DNA of 64,000 nucleotides from Actinomycetota bacterium (GTDB lineage Bacteria; Actinomycetota; UBA4738; CALAEC01): the NCBI GenBank assembly GCA_050692915.1, contig JBOGVU010000004.1, forward strand, positions 1,968-65,967, in the 5' to 3' direction. Under the pieces are notes generated by a model. That model made no database searches. It had not been told where the DNA came from and saw only the letters and a program-made list of their open reading frames with translations. Shown here piece after piece: positions 19,146 through 31,460 of the stretch (its first letter is position 1; every line of letters begins with the position of its first letter). The position numbers and the translations under genes are program-made.

Positions 19146-21773
19146 GTGCAGGTGACGAAGAAGCGCATCTTCCTCCTCGACGGCCACAGCCTGTCCTACC
19201 GGGCGTACTTCGCCCTGCCCACCTCGCTGGCCACTTCCTCGGGACAGATCACGAACGCCGTGTACGGGTTCACCTCGATGCTCATCAAGCTGCTGGCGGA
19301 GGAGAGGCCGGACCGGATCGCGGTGGCCTTCGACAAGGGCCCCCCGACCGAACGCCTGGCCCGGTACGCGGAGTACAAGGCGGGGCGGACGGAGGCCCCC
19401 GACGAGTTCCGGGAGCAGATGGGTCTGATCCGCGAGGTCCTGGAGACGCTCGGGGTGCCGATCGTAGAGGTCGAGGGCCACGAGGCCGACGACGCCATCG
19501 GCACGCTCGCTGTCCGGGCTCGCCGGGAGGGCATGGAGGCGGTCATCGTCACCGCCGACCGAGACTTCTTCCAGCTGGTCGGTCCGGGGATCCGGGTGAT
19601 GTTCAACAGGAAGGGGATCTCCGACATCGTCGACTACGACGAGGCCGCCGTGGAGGCCCGGTTCGGCCTGCCCCCGGAGAAGTACCTCGACTATGTGGCC
19701 CTGAAGGGCGACCCCTCGGACAACATCCCGGGCGTGCCCGGGGTGGGGGAGAAGACGGCCAGCCGCCTGATCCAGGAGCACGGCAACGTCGGGGCCGTGC
19801 TGGCGAACGCCGGGACGCTCTCGCCGAAGCTCGCCGCGGCCATCGCCGAGGCGGGCGACCGGCTGCGACTGAACAAGGACCTGGCCCGGCTGCGGACGGA
19901 CCTCGACCTCGACATCGATCCGGACGGCTGTGTGCTGGCCGACCGCGACGACGACGCGGTCCGGCGGCTCTTCAACGCGCTGGAGTTCCGGACCCTGCTC
20001 GAGCGGCTGGAGGAGGCCGGCGTGGCCCCGGCGGCCGCGGAGGTGAAGGAGCTGGCGCTCGCGGAGACCTCGGCCCGGGACGCCGTGGCTATGCTGGACC
20101 GGGGGGACCCCCTGGCGGTGGCCCTGGTGGCCCGGGGCGGGGAGCCCGTGGCCATCGGTCTGTCTTCGGGGGAGGGGATCGGCCGGACCCTGCAACTGGA
20201 CGGAACCTTTCCCGAGTCGGTGGCGGCCTGGCTGGCCGACCCAGACCGGCCGAAGTGGGTCCACGACTCCAAGGAGCTGGGGGCCACCGCGCTCCGCCTG
20301 GGGATCGAGGTGGCCGGGGTCGCCTTCGACACCCTCCTGGCCGGCTACCTGCTCGATCCGGCCGAGGCGACGTATCCGCTGTCCGCCCTCTCGGAGCGAT
20401 ACCTGGGGGCCGACGTGCTGGGGAGGGCCGAGGACACCGTTGAGGAGGGGCAGCTGCCGCTGGGGGAGGCCTGGCGTGAGCCGGCCGGCCACGCCGCCGC
20501 GGTGGCGCTCCTGGCGCCGCCGATGGCCGAGCGGGTGGAGCGAGAGGGGGTCCGTTCCCTGCTGGAGGAGGTGGAGCTCCCCCTGGCCGGGGTCCTGGCC
20601 CGGATGCAGGCGGCCGGGGTGGCCCTGGACATCGACTACCTGAAGGAGCTGTCCGAGACGATCGGCGACCGAATGCGGACGCTGGAGGAGGATATCTACG
20701 CCCACGCCGGAGAGGAGTTCAACCTGAACTCCCCGCCCCAGCTCCGGGTGGTGCTGTACGAGAAGCTCAAGCTCGCCTCGGGGAAGCGGACCCCGAAGGG
20801 CCAGCTCTCCACTGACGCCTCCGTGCTGGAGAAGCTCCGGGACCGCCACCCCATCATCGACGCGCTCCTGTCCTACCGGGAGCTGGCGAAGCTGAAGTCA
20901 ACGTACCTCGACGCGCTCCCTCCTCTGGTCTCCGCCGGCCGCCTGCACACCACGTTCAACCAGGTGGGGGCGGCCACGGGTCGCCTGTCCTCGCTCAACC
21001 CGAACCTCCAGAACATCCCGATCCGGGGGGAGACGGGGCGCCAGATCCGGAAGGCGTTCGTGGCCTCCCCGGACCACGTCCTGGTGGTGGCCGACTATTC
21101 GCAGATCGAGCTCCGGGTCCTGGCTCACCTCTCCGGGGACGAGGCCCTGGCGGAGGCATTCGCCGCCGACACCGACATCCACGCCGCCACCGCGGGAAAG
21201 GTGTTCGGCCTTCCGCCGGATCAGGTGGATTCCGAGCTCCGCCGGCGGGCCAAGGTCGTGAACTACGGCCTGGCCTACGGGATGAACGCGTACGGCCTGG
21301 CCCAGCGGCTGGGGATCGTGCCGGACGAGGCCCAGGAGTTCATCGACGCGTACTTCGCGGGTTTCCCGAAGATCCGGGAGTTCCTGGACCGCCAGGTGGC
21401 CTTCGCCGCCGCGGAGGGTTTCACGGCCACGATCCTGGGCCGGCGCAGGTACCTGCCGGAGCTGCAGTCACCGAACCCACGGATCCGCGATCTGGGCCGG
21501 CGCATGGCGCTGAACGCCCCGATCCAGGGCTCCGCGGCCGACATCATGAAGCTCGCCATGATCAGGGTGGACGCGGCCATGGGATCGCTCCCGGCCACCA
21601 TGGTCCTGACCGTCCATGATGAGCTCGTGTTCGAGGTCCGGGAAGGCGCCCTGGACGAGGTGGCCGGGGCCGCCCGGAAGGAGATGGAGGCGGCCTACGG
21701 GCTGTCGGTGCCCCTCCGGGTCGACGTCGGCTCCGGCCCGAACTGGGCCGACGCCGCCCCCGCCGGCCACTGA
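19146..21773 (+). CDS. polA: DNA polymerase I
   Basis: 5'-3' exonuclease N-terminus (LLDGHSLSYRAYFAL), then 3'-5' exonuclease and polymerase domains, over a full-length 875 aa. Confidence 0.95.
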   Translation: MQVTKKRIFLLDGHSLSYRAYFALPTSLATSSGQITNAVYGFTSMLIKLLAEERPDRIAVAFDKGPPTERLARYAEYKAGRTEAPDEFREQMGLIREVLETLGVPIVEVEGHEADDAIGTLAVRARREGMEAVIVTADRDFFQLVGPGIRVMFNRKGISDIVDYDEAAVEARFGLPPEKYLDYVALKGDPSDNIPGVPGVGEKTASRLIQEHGNVGAVLANAGTLSPKLAAAIAEAGDRLRLNKDLARLRTDLDLDIDPDGCVLADRDDDAVRRLFNALEFRTLLERLEEAGVAPAAAEVKELALAETSARDAVAMLDRGDPLAVALVARGGEPVAIGLSSGEGIGRTLQLDGTFPESVAAWLADPDRPKWVHDSKELGATALRLGIEVAGVAFDTLLAGYLLDPAEATYPLSALSERYLGADVLGRAEDTVEEGQLPLGEAWREPAGHAAAVALLAPPMAERVEREGVRSLLEEVELPLAGVLARMQAAGVALDIDYLKELSETIGDRMRTLEEDIYAHAGEEFNLNSPPQLRVVLYEKLKLASGKRTPKGQLSTDASVLEKLRDRHPIIDALLSYRELAKLKSTYLDALPPLVSAGRLHTTFNQVGAATGRLSSLNPNLQNIPIRGETGRQIRKAFVASPDHVLVVADYSQIELRVLAHLSGDEALAEAFAADTDIHAATAGKVFGLPPDQVDSELRRRAKVVNYGLAYGMNAYGLAQRLGIVPDEAQEFIDAYFAGFPKIREFLDRQVAFAAAEGFTATILGRRRYLPELQSPNPRIRDLGRRMALNAPIQGSAADIMKLAMIRVDAAMGSLPATMVLTVHDELVFEVREGALDEVAGAARKEMEAAYGLSVPLRVDVGSGPNWADAAPAGH

Positions 21774-21945
21774 CCTCGTATTGACGCTGGTCAGCGCGTT
21801 CTCCTACTATTAGGGGTGCCCGCGAGGGCGTTCCCGCACGGACCTCCCACGGCTCTGCGCGGGGCCCAGCGTGGGCGGAAGGAGCTGATCGGACATCGAG
21901 ACGACGAGCGAAGCGACGGTCGAGCGGGACCTCACTCCCGAGGAG

Positions 21946-23262
21946 TTGCCCGCGGCGATCGAGGCGTCACTGAAGGACTTCAACGACGGAGATCTGGTTA
22001 CCGGCCAGATCGTGCGCATCGACCGGGACGAGGTGCTCCTGGACATCGGTTACAAGTCCGAGGGTGTCATCCCCATCAAGGAGCTGTCGATCCGGCACGA
22101 CGTCGACCCCGACGAGGTGGTGAAGGTCGGCGACGAGATCGAGGCCCTCGTTCTCCAGAAGGAGGACAAGGAGGGCCGGCTGATCCTGTCGAAGAAGCGT
22201 GCTCAGTACGAGCGGGCCTGGGGCCGGATCGAGAAGATCATGGCCGAGGGCGGCACGATCACAGGACCGGTGATCGAGGTTGTAAAGGGCGGGCTGATCC
22301 TCGACATCGGGCTCCGGGGCTTCCTCCCGGCCTCACTGGTGGACCTGCGCAGGGTCCGGGACCTCCACCCCTTCGTGGGCCAGGAGCTCGAGGCGAAGAT
22401 CATCGAGCTCGACCGGAACCGCAACAACGTGGTCCTGTCACGCCGGGCCTTCCTGGAGGAGTCGCAGAGCGAGGGCCGGAAGAAGTTCCTCGAGTCGCTG
22501 CAGAAGGGCGAGCGTCGGAAGGGAACCGTGTCCTCCATCGTCAACTTCGGCGCGTTCGTGGATCTCGGCGGCGTGGATGGGCTCGTGCACGTGTCCGAGC
22601 TGTCGTGGCGTCACGTCGAGCACCCCAGCGAGGTCGTCTCGGTCGGCGAGGAGGTCGAGGTCGAGGTCCTCGACGTCGACATGGAGCGCGAGCGCGTGTC
22701 GCTGTCGCTCAAGGCGACCCAGGCCGACCCGTGGAAGGAGTTCGCCGAGCACCACCGGGCCGGACAGGTCATCGAGGGCGAGGTCACGAAGATCGTGCCG
22801 TTCGGCGCCTTCGTGCGCGTTGCGGACGGCATCGAGGGGCTGGTGCACATCTCCAAGCTGTCGGAGCAGCACGTGGAGTCCGCCGACCAGGTGGTGCAGG
22901 TCGGCGAGCGCGTCCGGGTGAAGGTGGAGGACGTGGACGTGGCCCGACGAAGGGTGTCCCTTTCGATGCGCGGCGTCGACGAGGCCGCTCCGGTTGCCGA
23001 GATCGAGGCGGAGGTCGCCCCCGAGGCGCCCGAGCCCGAGCCAGTGTCCGCCGAGCCGGAGCCCGCCGAGCCCGAGCCGGCCGAAGCCGAGGCCGAGGCT
23101 GCGCCAGAGCCCGCTCCGGAGCCCGCTCCCGCCGCCGAGGAGGAGGCGGAGGCCATCGCCCCCGAGCCGACGTCCGCCGAAGAGGCCACCGACCAGGACG
23201 AGGGCGAGGTCTCCCTCGAGTCGATCGTCGAGGACCTGAAGCGGCGCGAGGGCCGCGGCTAG
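21946..23262 (+). CDS. rpsA: 30S ribosomal protein S1
   Basis: Multiple S1 domains and an acidic EPA-rich C-terminal tail. TTG start lies directly against GAGGAG, so the true N-terminus may lie upstream. Confidence 0.9.
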   Translation: MPAAIEASLKDFNDGDLVTGQIVRIDRDEVLLDIGYKSEGVIPIKELSIRHDVDPDEVVKVGDEIEALVLQKEDKEGRLILSKKRAQYERAWGRIEKIMAEGGTITGPVIEVVKGGLILDIGLRGFLPASLVDLRRVRDLHPFVGQELEAKIIELDRNRNNVVLSRRAFLEESQSEGRKKFLESLQKGERRKGTVSSIVNFGAFVDLGGVDGLVHVSELSWRHVEHPSEVVSVGEEVEVEVLDVDMERERVSLSLKATQADPWKEFAEHHRAGQVIEGEVTKIVPFGAFVRVADGIEGLVHISKLSEQHVESADQVVQVGERVRVKVEDVDVARRRVSLSMRGVDEAAPVAEIEAEVAPEAPEPEPVSAEPEPAEPEPAEAEAEAAPEPAPEPAPAAEEEAEAIAPEPTSAEEATDQDEGEVSLESIVEDLKRREGRG

Positions 23263-23277
23263 GCTCCCGACTCCGCC

Positions 23278-23877
23278 ATGCTCCTGGTCGGCCTGACCGG
23301 CGGCCTCGGTGCCGGCAAGTCCACCGTGGCTCGCATGCTCGCGGATCGAGGAGCCATCCTGGTGGACGCGGACGAGCTGGCCCGCCGGGCCCTGGAGCCC
23401 GGGAGCGGAGCCTACCGCCAGGTATCCGATCTCTTCGGCGACGAGGCGGTGACCGCCTCCGGCGAGCTCGACAGGGCGGCCATCGCCGCCGCGGTGTTCT
23501 CCGACCCCGAGCGGCGCCGGGCCCTCGAGTCGATCGTCCACCCAGAGGTCTTCCGGATGCTCGCGGAGGCCGTGGAGGCGCGTCGGGGGACGGACGACAT
23601 CATCGTGTTCGACGCTCCGCTGATCGTGGAGACCGGGTTCCACGACGCCTGCGACGTGGTCGTGGTGGTGACCGCCCTCGAGGAGGAGCGGGTGGCCCGG
23701 GCGGTTCGGGACCGGGGGTTGACCGCGGACCAGGCCCGGGCCCGGATCGGGGCCCAGATCGGTGACGCCGAACGCGAGGCCGTGGCCGACGTCGTGATCC
23801 GGAACGATGGCGACGTGGCCCAGCTGGAAGCTCAGGTGGACGACCTGTGGGAGCAGCTCCGGGCCGGGGGCGACTAG
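23278..23877 (+). CDS. coaE: dephospho-CoA kinase
   Basis: P-loop GLTGGLGAGKST and CoaE family sequence. Confidence 0.85.
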   Translation: MLLVGLTGGLGAGKSTVARMLADRGAILVDADELARRALEPGSGAYRQVSDLFGDEAVTASGELDRAAIAAAVFSDPERRRALESIVHPEVFRMLAEAVEARRGTDDIIVFDAPLIVETGFHDACDVVVVVTALEEERVARAVRDRGLTADQARARIGAQIGDAEREAVADVVIRNDGDVAQLEAQVDDLWEQLRAGGD

Positions 23878-23878
23878 C

Positions 23879-24592
23879 GTGGACGTGGAGGCGGTGTTCT
23901 TCGACGCCGGGGAGACGCTCCTCTATCCGCACCCGTCGTTCGCGGAGCTCTTCGCCGAGGTGCTCCGCCGGGAGGGCCACCGCGTGGACCCCGCCGTCGT
24001 CCTGGAAGTGGTCTCCGCTTCCTCGCGAACCCTCAACGAGTTCCTGACCTCGGAGGAGGCCCGCCTGTGGTCGACCTCGCCGGAACGGTCCAGGGCCATG
24101 TGGGACAGGCTGTACCGTTCGTTCCTGTCCGACGTGGGGATCGCCGAGGACCACGACCGGCTGGCCGACGCCCTGTACAGGCGGTTCAGGGACCTGGCCA
24201 CGTACCGCCTCCACCCCGACGCGCTCCCGGTCCTTCGTTGGCTCAGGTCCACCGACCTCACGATCGGGCTGATCTCGAACTTCGAGGAATGGCTGGAGCA
24301 GCTCCTGGAGGCGCTCGAGCTCCAGGCGTTCTTCGACGTAACCGTGATCTCGGGTGTTGAGGGCGTGGAGAAGCCCGACGCCGAGATCTTCCGCATCGCG
24401 CTGGCCCGGGCCGGGGCCACGGCCGAGCGGGCCGTGTACGTGGGCGACAACCCCGTGTTCGACGTGGACGCGGCCAGGGCCGTGGGCATGATCCCGGTGC
24501 TGATCGACCGCCGGGGCCGGCACCCGGATTCGGACTCGATCCGCATCACCTCGCTCGAGGACCTGCCGGGTGTCATCGGCCTCGATCGCTGA
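23879..24592 (+). CDS. HAD-superfamily hydrolase (subfamily IA-like)
   Basis: GTG start adjoins the coaE stop. Motif I is FFDAGETL, with motif IV as VGDNP. Confidence 0.7.
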   Translation: MDVEAVFFDAGETLLYPHPSFAELFAEVLRREGHRVDPAVVLEVVSASSRTLNEFLTSEEARLWSTSPERSRAMWDRLYRSFLSDVGIAEDHDRLADALYRRFRDLATYRLHPDALPVLRWLRSTDLTIGLISNFEEWLEQLLEALELQAFFDVTVISGVEGVEKPDAEIFRIALARAGATAERAVYVGDNPVFDVDAARAVGMIPVLIDRRGRHPDSDSIRITSLEDLPGVIGLDR

Positions 24593-24626
24593 CCGGGGCT
24601 TGCGCGGGAGCACCCCCGGGGCTTTG

Positions 24627-25154
24627 ATGGCGGCGGTGCAGGAGAGGGGTATCGGCCATCTGGACGAGGTCCTGGACAACCTCGGGGTGTTCCGGGCAGC
24701 CGCCGAGGAGCTCGTCCGGCTGTGCCCATCGGGGTTCCGCCGCGTCCCCATCTCCCAGGGGAGCGAGTTCTACTTCTCGATCCAGGCCCTGGCCCCAGGC
24801 CAGGTCGCGTACGCGCACACCCATCCCGACTCGGAGGAATGGACCGTGGTGCTGAGCGGGGAGGGGGAGGCCCGGATCCACGGGGCCGTGCCCCTCCAGC
24901 CGGGGTCGGTGCTCGGGCGGGCCGCGGCCTTCCCGCACGGGTTCCGAGCCGGGCCGGAGCCCCTCTACCTCCTGTCCATCCAGGCTCCCCGGCCCACGGC
25001 GGACGCCACCACGTGGGACGAGGCGGGGGAGACCTCCGAGCCCATCGAGTGCTCCGGCGGCGGGCGGTGCCGGCGGTGTCCTCGGTGCGGCGGTCACGCA
25101 GCCATGGTCCGCCGTGCCGTGTTCGAGTGCGAGAACTGCGCGCTCCAGCTCTGA
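24627..25154 (+). CDS. cupin-domain protein with C-terminal CxxC…CxxC zinc ribbon (start uncertain; ORF opens at 24570)
   Basis: Cupin metal motifs AHTHPDSEE / FPHGF. C-terminal CRRCPRC…CENC. Confidence 0.55.
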   Translation: MAAVQERGIGHLDEVLDNLGVFRAAAEELVRLCPSGFRRVPISQGSEFYFSIQALAPGQVAYAHTHPDSEEWTVVLSGEGEARIHGAVPLQPGSVLGRAAAFPHGFRAGPEPLYLLSIQAPRPTADATTWDEAGETSEPIECSGGGRCRRCPRCGGHAAMVRRAVFECENCALQL

Positions 25155-26776
25155 GCGTCCGCCTGGCGCTGGCCGTGTTCCTGGTGGCGGGGTCGTGCAC
25201 GACGGAGACCGAGCCCCGGGCCGAACCCTCGCCGCCGACGACGCCGTCGCCGATCGCCCCGACCGCCGGCCCGCCCCCCGAGGTCCTGGCCTCCGGCCCC
25301 GTGGCTCGCCGGACGTGCCGCCTTCCCCATCGACACCTGCTCCGGATCTGGCGGGGCTACGACCCGGAGCGCAGCGGCGAGCTCCAGCTGGTCCCCGTCG
25401 AGCCGAACGTGATCGGTCCGGGGTTTCCGCACGCCGGCGTGGCCGATCATCTGCAGGACGTGCCGATGCTCGTGTACGGGCCGGGGCTGATCGAGCCAAG
25501 GCGGCGGGTCCTGCGTCCGGTCACGGTGGCCGACGTGGCCCCGACCATCGCCGGGCTGATCGACTTCGATCTCCCCGCCCCGGACGGCGTTCCCCTGCGC
25601 GAGGCCCCGGTTCGGGGGGCGGAGCCGGCCCGGCTGGTGGTCACGCTCGTGTGGGACGGCGGCGGCCGGGGGGTCCTCGACGAATGGCCCGATGCGTGGC
25701 CGAACCTCCGGCGGCTGATCGGGGAAGGGACGTGGTACGAGCGGGCCACCGTGGGCTCATCGCCCTCCACGAGCGCCCCGATCCACGCCACCATCGGGAC
25801 CGGCACGTTCCCCAAGCGGCACGGCCTGATCGGGAACGCCCTCCGGATCGACGGCCGCATCGGCGACCCGTGGGAGCAGGGGCCGGCCCATCTTCGCCAG
25901 CCCTCGGTGGGGGACCTGTACGACCTGTCGGAGGACAACGTCCCGCTGATCGGGCTGATCGGGAGCGCGCAGGTGCAGCTCGGGCTGCTCGGCCACGGCT
26001 CGATGTGGGGCGGGGGCGACCGCGACATCGCCGTGCTCAAGCGCCGCCGCGGGTACGAGAGCCCGGACGGGTTCTGGGGGGTCACATCGACGAGCAGGGT
26101 CGCTTTCTCCACGCCCGGGTACGTGAACGACCTGCCGTTCATCACCGAGTACCACCGGTACGCGGACCTCCTGGACGGCCGGGCCGACGGGGCGTGGCTC
26201 GGGGAGCCCATCGAGCTGCTCAGGAACGGCTTCGACACCCCCGCCCGGATCCCGTTCGAGACGCGGCTGGTGGAGGAGGTGGTCCGCCGGGAGGGATTCG
26301 GCCGGGACGACGTCCCCGACCTCCTCTATCTCAACTACAAGTTGATCGATTTCGTGGGCCACCGGTGGAGCCTCCACAGCCAGCAGATGCGGCACACCAT
26401 CCGGGAGCAGGACGCGGAGCTGCCCGAGCTGGTCGAGCTCCTCGACGACCGGGTGGGGAGAGGGCGGTGGGTCCTGATCCTCACGGCCGACCACGGCTCT
26501 CAGCCGGACCCGGTCGCCGAGGGCGGACGCCGGATCGACATCACGGGGATCGAGGCCCACATCCGGGCCCGGTTCGACGACGGGGACGACCGGCCCCTGG
26601 TCCAGCAGGTCCAGACGAGCCAGGTGTTCCTCGACACGCAGGAGCTGGCCCAGAACGGCCACACCCTGCAGGAGGTCTCGGCCAGCCTGCTGCGATCCGA
26701 GCCGGGCCTGGCGGCGGCGTTCCCCTCCGAGCTCCTTCCCCGGCTCCGGTGCCTTCCCGAGGCCCGGGACGGGTAA
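25127..26776 (+). CDS. secreted lipoprotein of the alkaline-phosphatase superfamily (type I phosphodiesterase / nucleotide pyrophosphatase-like)
   Basis: GTG start yields signal peptide MRELRAPALSVRLALAVFLVAGSC. TGTFPKRHG and LTADHG motifs. Overlaps the cupin gene's 3' end by 28 nt. Confidence 0.7.
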   Translation: MRELRAPALSVRLALAVFLVAGSCTTETEPRAEPSPPTTPSPIAPTAGPPPEVLASGPVARRTCRLPHRHLLRIWRGYDPERSGELQLVPVEPNVIGPGFPHAGVADHLQDVPMLVYGPGLIEPRRRVLRPVTVADVAPTIAGLIDFDLPAPDGVPLREAPVRGAEPARLVVTLVWDGGGRGVLDEWPDAWPNLRRLIGEGTWYERATVGSSPSTSAPIHATIGTGTFPKRHGLIGNALRIDGRIGDPWEQGPAHLRQPSVGDLYDLSEDNVPLIGLIGSAQVQLGLLGHGSMWGGGDRDIAVLKRRRGYESPDGFWGVTSTSRVAFSTPGYVNDLPFITEYHRYADLLDGRADGAWLGEPIELLRNGFDTPARIPFETRLVEEVVRREGFGRDDVPDLLYLNYKLIDFVGHRWSLHSQQMRHTIREQDAELPELVELLDDRVGRGRWVLILTADHGSQPDPVAEGGRRIDITGIEAHIRARFDDGDDRPLVQQVQTSQVFLDTQELAQNGHTLQEVSASLLRSEPGLAAAFPSELLPRLRCLPEARDG

Positions 26777-26785
26777 CCTCGGCCG

Positions 26786-27163
26786 ATGGCGGGCGAGCGG
26801 TTCTTCACCGTCGAGGAGGCGAACTCGGAGCTTCCGGCCCTCAGGGATCGCCTCACCCGGATCCGGGGGGCCAGGGCCACGGTCATCCGCTCGGCCGAGG
26901 TGGTCCGCCGGGCCTCCCCCTCGGACGGCGGCGGGCCGGAGGGCGCCGCCTACCTGGAGGCCGTGCGCGTGCTCCGCGAAGAGGTCGAGGCGCTGGCCGC
27001 GGCCGGCATCATCCTCCGTGACCCCGACAGCGGCCTGGTCGATTTCCCTGCCCGCCGGGAGGGCCGCACGGTCTACCTGTGCTGGCGGCTCGGGGAGGAG
27101 CGGGTGGAGCACTGGCACGACGCCAGCTCCGGGTTCTCCGGCCGTCGGCCTCTCAACAGCTGA
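26786..27163 (+). CDS. conserved hypothetical protein (DUF2203-like), the typical actinobacterial neighbour of uvrB
   Basis: [12 protein letters not shown]…GLVDFP…[10 protein letters not shown]…WH pattern. Occupies the position of the Rv1632c-type gene. Confidence 0.55.
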   Translation: MAGERFFTVEEANSELPALRDRLTRIRGARATVIRSAEVVRRASPSDGGGPEGAAYLEAVRVLREEVEALAAAGIILRDPDSGLVDFPARREGRTVYLCWRLGEERVEHWHDASSGFSGRRPLNS

Positions 27164-27183
27164 GCGCGCGCTACCATCGGACC

Positions 27184-29199
<2,016 letters not shown>

Positions 29200-29477
29200 C
29201 CCTCTGACCGGGGATTCGGACACATCTGCCGGAGAGGGGTCCCTCCGCCGGAGGTCCGACTTGTTCACCCGACCGACAGCGGGTTAGGGTTCGTTTCCAT
29301 CCTCGAGCGCCCGCACCGGGAGGGAGCACGATCAGGATCGCTTGCCGTTCATGGCCCAACGCTTCCGCCGTTGTCCACGTGCGGTGCTTCCCTGAGTATC
29401 CGTCCCGGCCCAGGGATCCTCCGCCGCGAGCCCGAACAAGATTTCCGATGAACGTCGGTCGAACAAGGAGGAAGCGG

Positions 29478-31235
29478 ATGCACCGAAGGATGCGCACGAT
29501 CGTGCTCGTGGGCTCCATGGCCGGATTGCTCAGCTTGCCGTTGGCGGCGGCTGCGGAGCCCCCGCCGGAAGAGGTGAGCACGTTCGACTACACGCAGAAC
29601 ATGCACCCGATGGGTCATTCGGCCCGGATCCCCGTGGGCGGCAGGTTCAACTCGGACCTGGCCTTCTGGGGAAAGACCGCCTACCAGGGCACCTACGAGG
29701 GGTTCCGGATCATCGACATCACCGAGCGGGACAACCCGGTCGAGGTAAACAACTACGCGGAGTGCGCGCCCGGTTCGACGGCCGGGAACCAGGGCGACGT
29801 GATCATCTGGGATGACATCCTGGTCCGATCGTGGAATTCGAACACGGGGGCCGCCGGCAGCTCCTGTGACGGCGACTTCGTTCCGCCGGGGTTCGAGGGC
29901 CTGCACGTCTTCGAAGTCAGCGATCCATCCGATCCCGACCTGATCGCCTCGGTCGACCTCCCCCAGGGGTCGCACACCGCCACGGGCGTGCCGGACCTGG
30001 AGAACGACCGGCTGCTCGTCTACAACTCGGCCTCGAGCGGCGCGAATCCGGGGATCGACATCGTGGAGGTCCCCCTGGACGCGCCGGAGAACGCCGCGTT
30101 CCTCCGGTTCGAGCCGTCCGGCGATCCCACGATCGGCGGTGGGCTGCCGAACCTCGTGACGATCGATCCTCCGTCCTCGGCGGCGGGGGTCTACGGGGCG
30201 ACGGGGGCGGCTTTCGGGCCAGCGCCGACCTCCGGCGGCATCTCCGGCGACATCGAACTGGTCAACGACGGCGTCAGTACCCCGCCGGCCGGCACGCCCA
30301 CCGACGGATGCGAGCCGTTCACGCTGACGGCCGGGGCCATCGCGCTGATCGACCGGGGTACCTGCTCCTTCGTCCAGAAGGCGAGCAACGCGCAGGCGGC
30401 CGGGGCGTCGGCGGTCATCGTGGCCAACAACGTGCCCGGGGCCCCGATCACCATGGGGGGCTCCGACCCGACGATCACGATCCCATCGGTGATGGTGTCG
30501 CTGGACGACGGCAACACCATCAAGGCGGGCCTGCCGGCCCACGCCACCATCACCAGCCACCCGATGCCGCAGCGGTCCTGCCACGACACCGGGGTGATCC
30601 TGGGCGACGCCCTGAAGGCGGCCTGCGCCGGCGGGAACGGGCTCACCGTGTGGAGCATGGACCCCGCCGACGGCGGATCGCTGACCGACCCCCAGATCCT
30701 GTACTCCCGGGCGGTCGAAGGGGTGAGCATCGGGCACTCCGCGTCGTTCACCTGGGACGGAGAGACCGTGATCTTCGGGCACGAGCCCGGTGGTGGTGGT
30801 CAGGCGCAGTGCCAGGCGACGAGCCCTGAGGTCAACAAGACCATGTTCTTCTTCGATGCGGACACGGGAGACGAGGTCGGCCGCTGGGTGCTCCCACGGC
30901 CGCAGACGAACACGGAGAACTGCACGATCCACAACTACAACATCGTGCCCACCGCCAAGCGGGACGTGGTCGTCAGCGGCAACTACCAGTCGGGGATCAG
31001 CGTGGTCGACTTCTCCGACCCCGAGAACGCCGTGGAGGTGGCCTACGCCGACCCGGCCCCGCTCGTGCCCACGGCCACCGGTGGAGACTGGTCGTCGTAC
31101 TGGTACAACGGGATGATCTACGAGTCCGACATCACCAGGGGCTTCACCACCTGGCTGCTCAGCGACAAGGTGGTGGCCGGCGCCATGAAGCTCGGACACC
31201 TCAACCCGCAGACCCAGGAGTTCACCATCGGGTAG
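29478..31235 (+). CDS. secreted LVIVD-repeat beta-propeller protein with inserted PA (protease-associated) domain
   Basis: RBS AGGAGG precedes ATG 29478. Signal peptide. Repeated GFRIIDITERDNP / GISVVDFSDPENA blades. PA-like insert spans roughly 30090-30550. Tandem paralog of the next gene. Confidence 0.7.
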   Translation: MHRRMRTIVLVGSMAGLLSLPLAAAAEPPPEEVSTFDYTQNMHPMGHSARIPVGGRFNSDLAFWGKTAYQGTYEGFRIIDITERDNPVEVNNYAECAPGSTAGNQGDVIIWDDILVRSWNSNTGAAGSSCDGDFVPPGFEGLHVFEVSDPSDPDLIASVDLPQGSHTATGVPDLENDRLLVYNSASSGANPGIDIVEVPLDAPENAAFLRFEPSGDPTIGGGLPNLVTIDPPSSAAGVYGATGAAFGPAPTSGGISGDIELVNDGVSTPPAGTPTDGCEPFTLTAGAIALIDRGTCSFVQKASNAQAAGASAVIVANNVPGAPITMGGSDPTITIPSVMVSLDDGNTIKAGLPAHATITSHPMPQRSCHDTGVILGDALKAACAGGNGLTVWSMDPADGGSLTDPQILYSRAVEGVSIGHSASFTWDGETVIFGHEPGGGGQAQCQATSPEVNKTMFFFDADTGDEVGRWVLPRPQTNTENCTIHNYNIVPTAKRDVVVSGNYQSGISVVDFSDPENAVEVAYADPAPLVPTATGGDWSSYWYNGMIYESDITRGFTTWLLSDKVVAGAMKLGHLNPQTQEFTIG

Positions 31236-31268
31236 CGGGGACGGATCCCTCGTCTGTTTCGCCCGGTT

Positions 31269-31301
31269 GAGAGAGGGGCGGCCGTGAGGTCGCCCTCTCT
31301 C
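31269..31301 (+). terminator. GC hairpin after LVIVD paralog 1 (GAGAGAGGGGCG … CGCCCTCTCTC)
   Basis: Inverted repeat with one bulged G. No U-tract, which is common in high-GC genomes. Confidence 0.4.
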
Positions 31302-31460
31302 GCTCCCCGGCCCGGCCGGACCGTGAGGGGCGACCAGCCGGTTTGCGGGTTTCCTCCCCAACGGCTAGGGTCGAAGGGTCCCTGACCCCGCACGTGCTTT
31401 TGCCATGGGCGATTCCCGTGGGGCCACGCGCGGGCCAATAGGACGAGGAGGTGGGGACAC

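Noticed and set aside
22990-23200. Repetitive GAGCCCGAGCCGGCC… DNA (EPEPAEPEPAEAEAEA).
   Set aside because: Not a CRISPR or mobile repeat. It is the low-complexity acidic C-terminal tail of ribosomal protein S1, in frame and without spacer/repeat periodicity.
21816-23765. 649-aa + strand ORF spanning rpsA and coaE in another frame.
   Set aside because: Extremely Arg/Gly-rich and out of frame with two conserved genes. A composition artifact.
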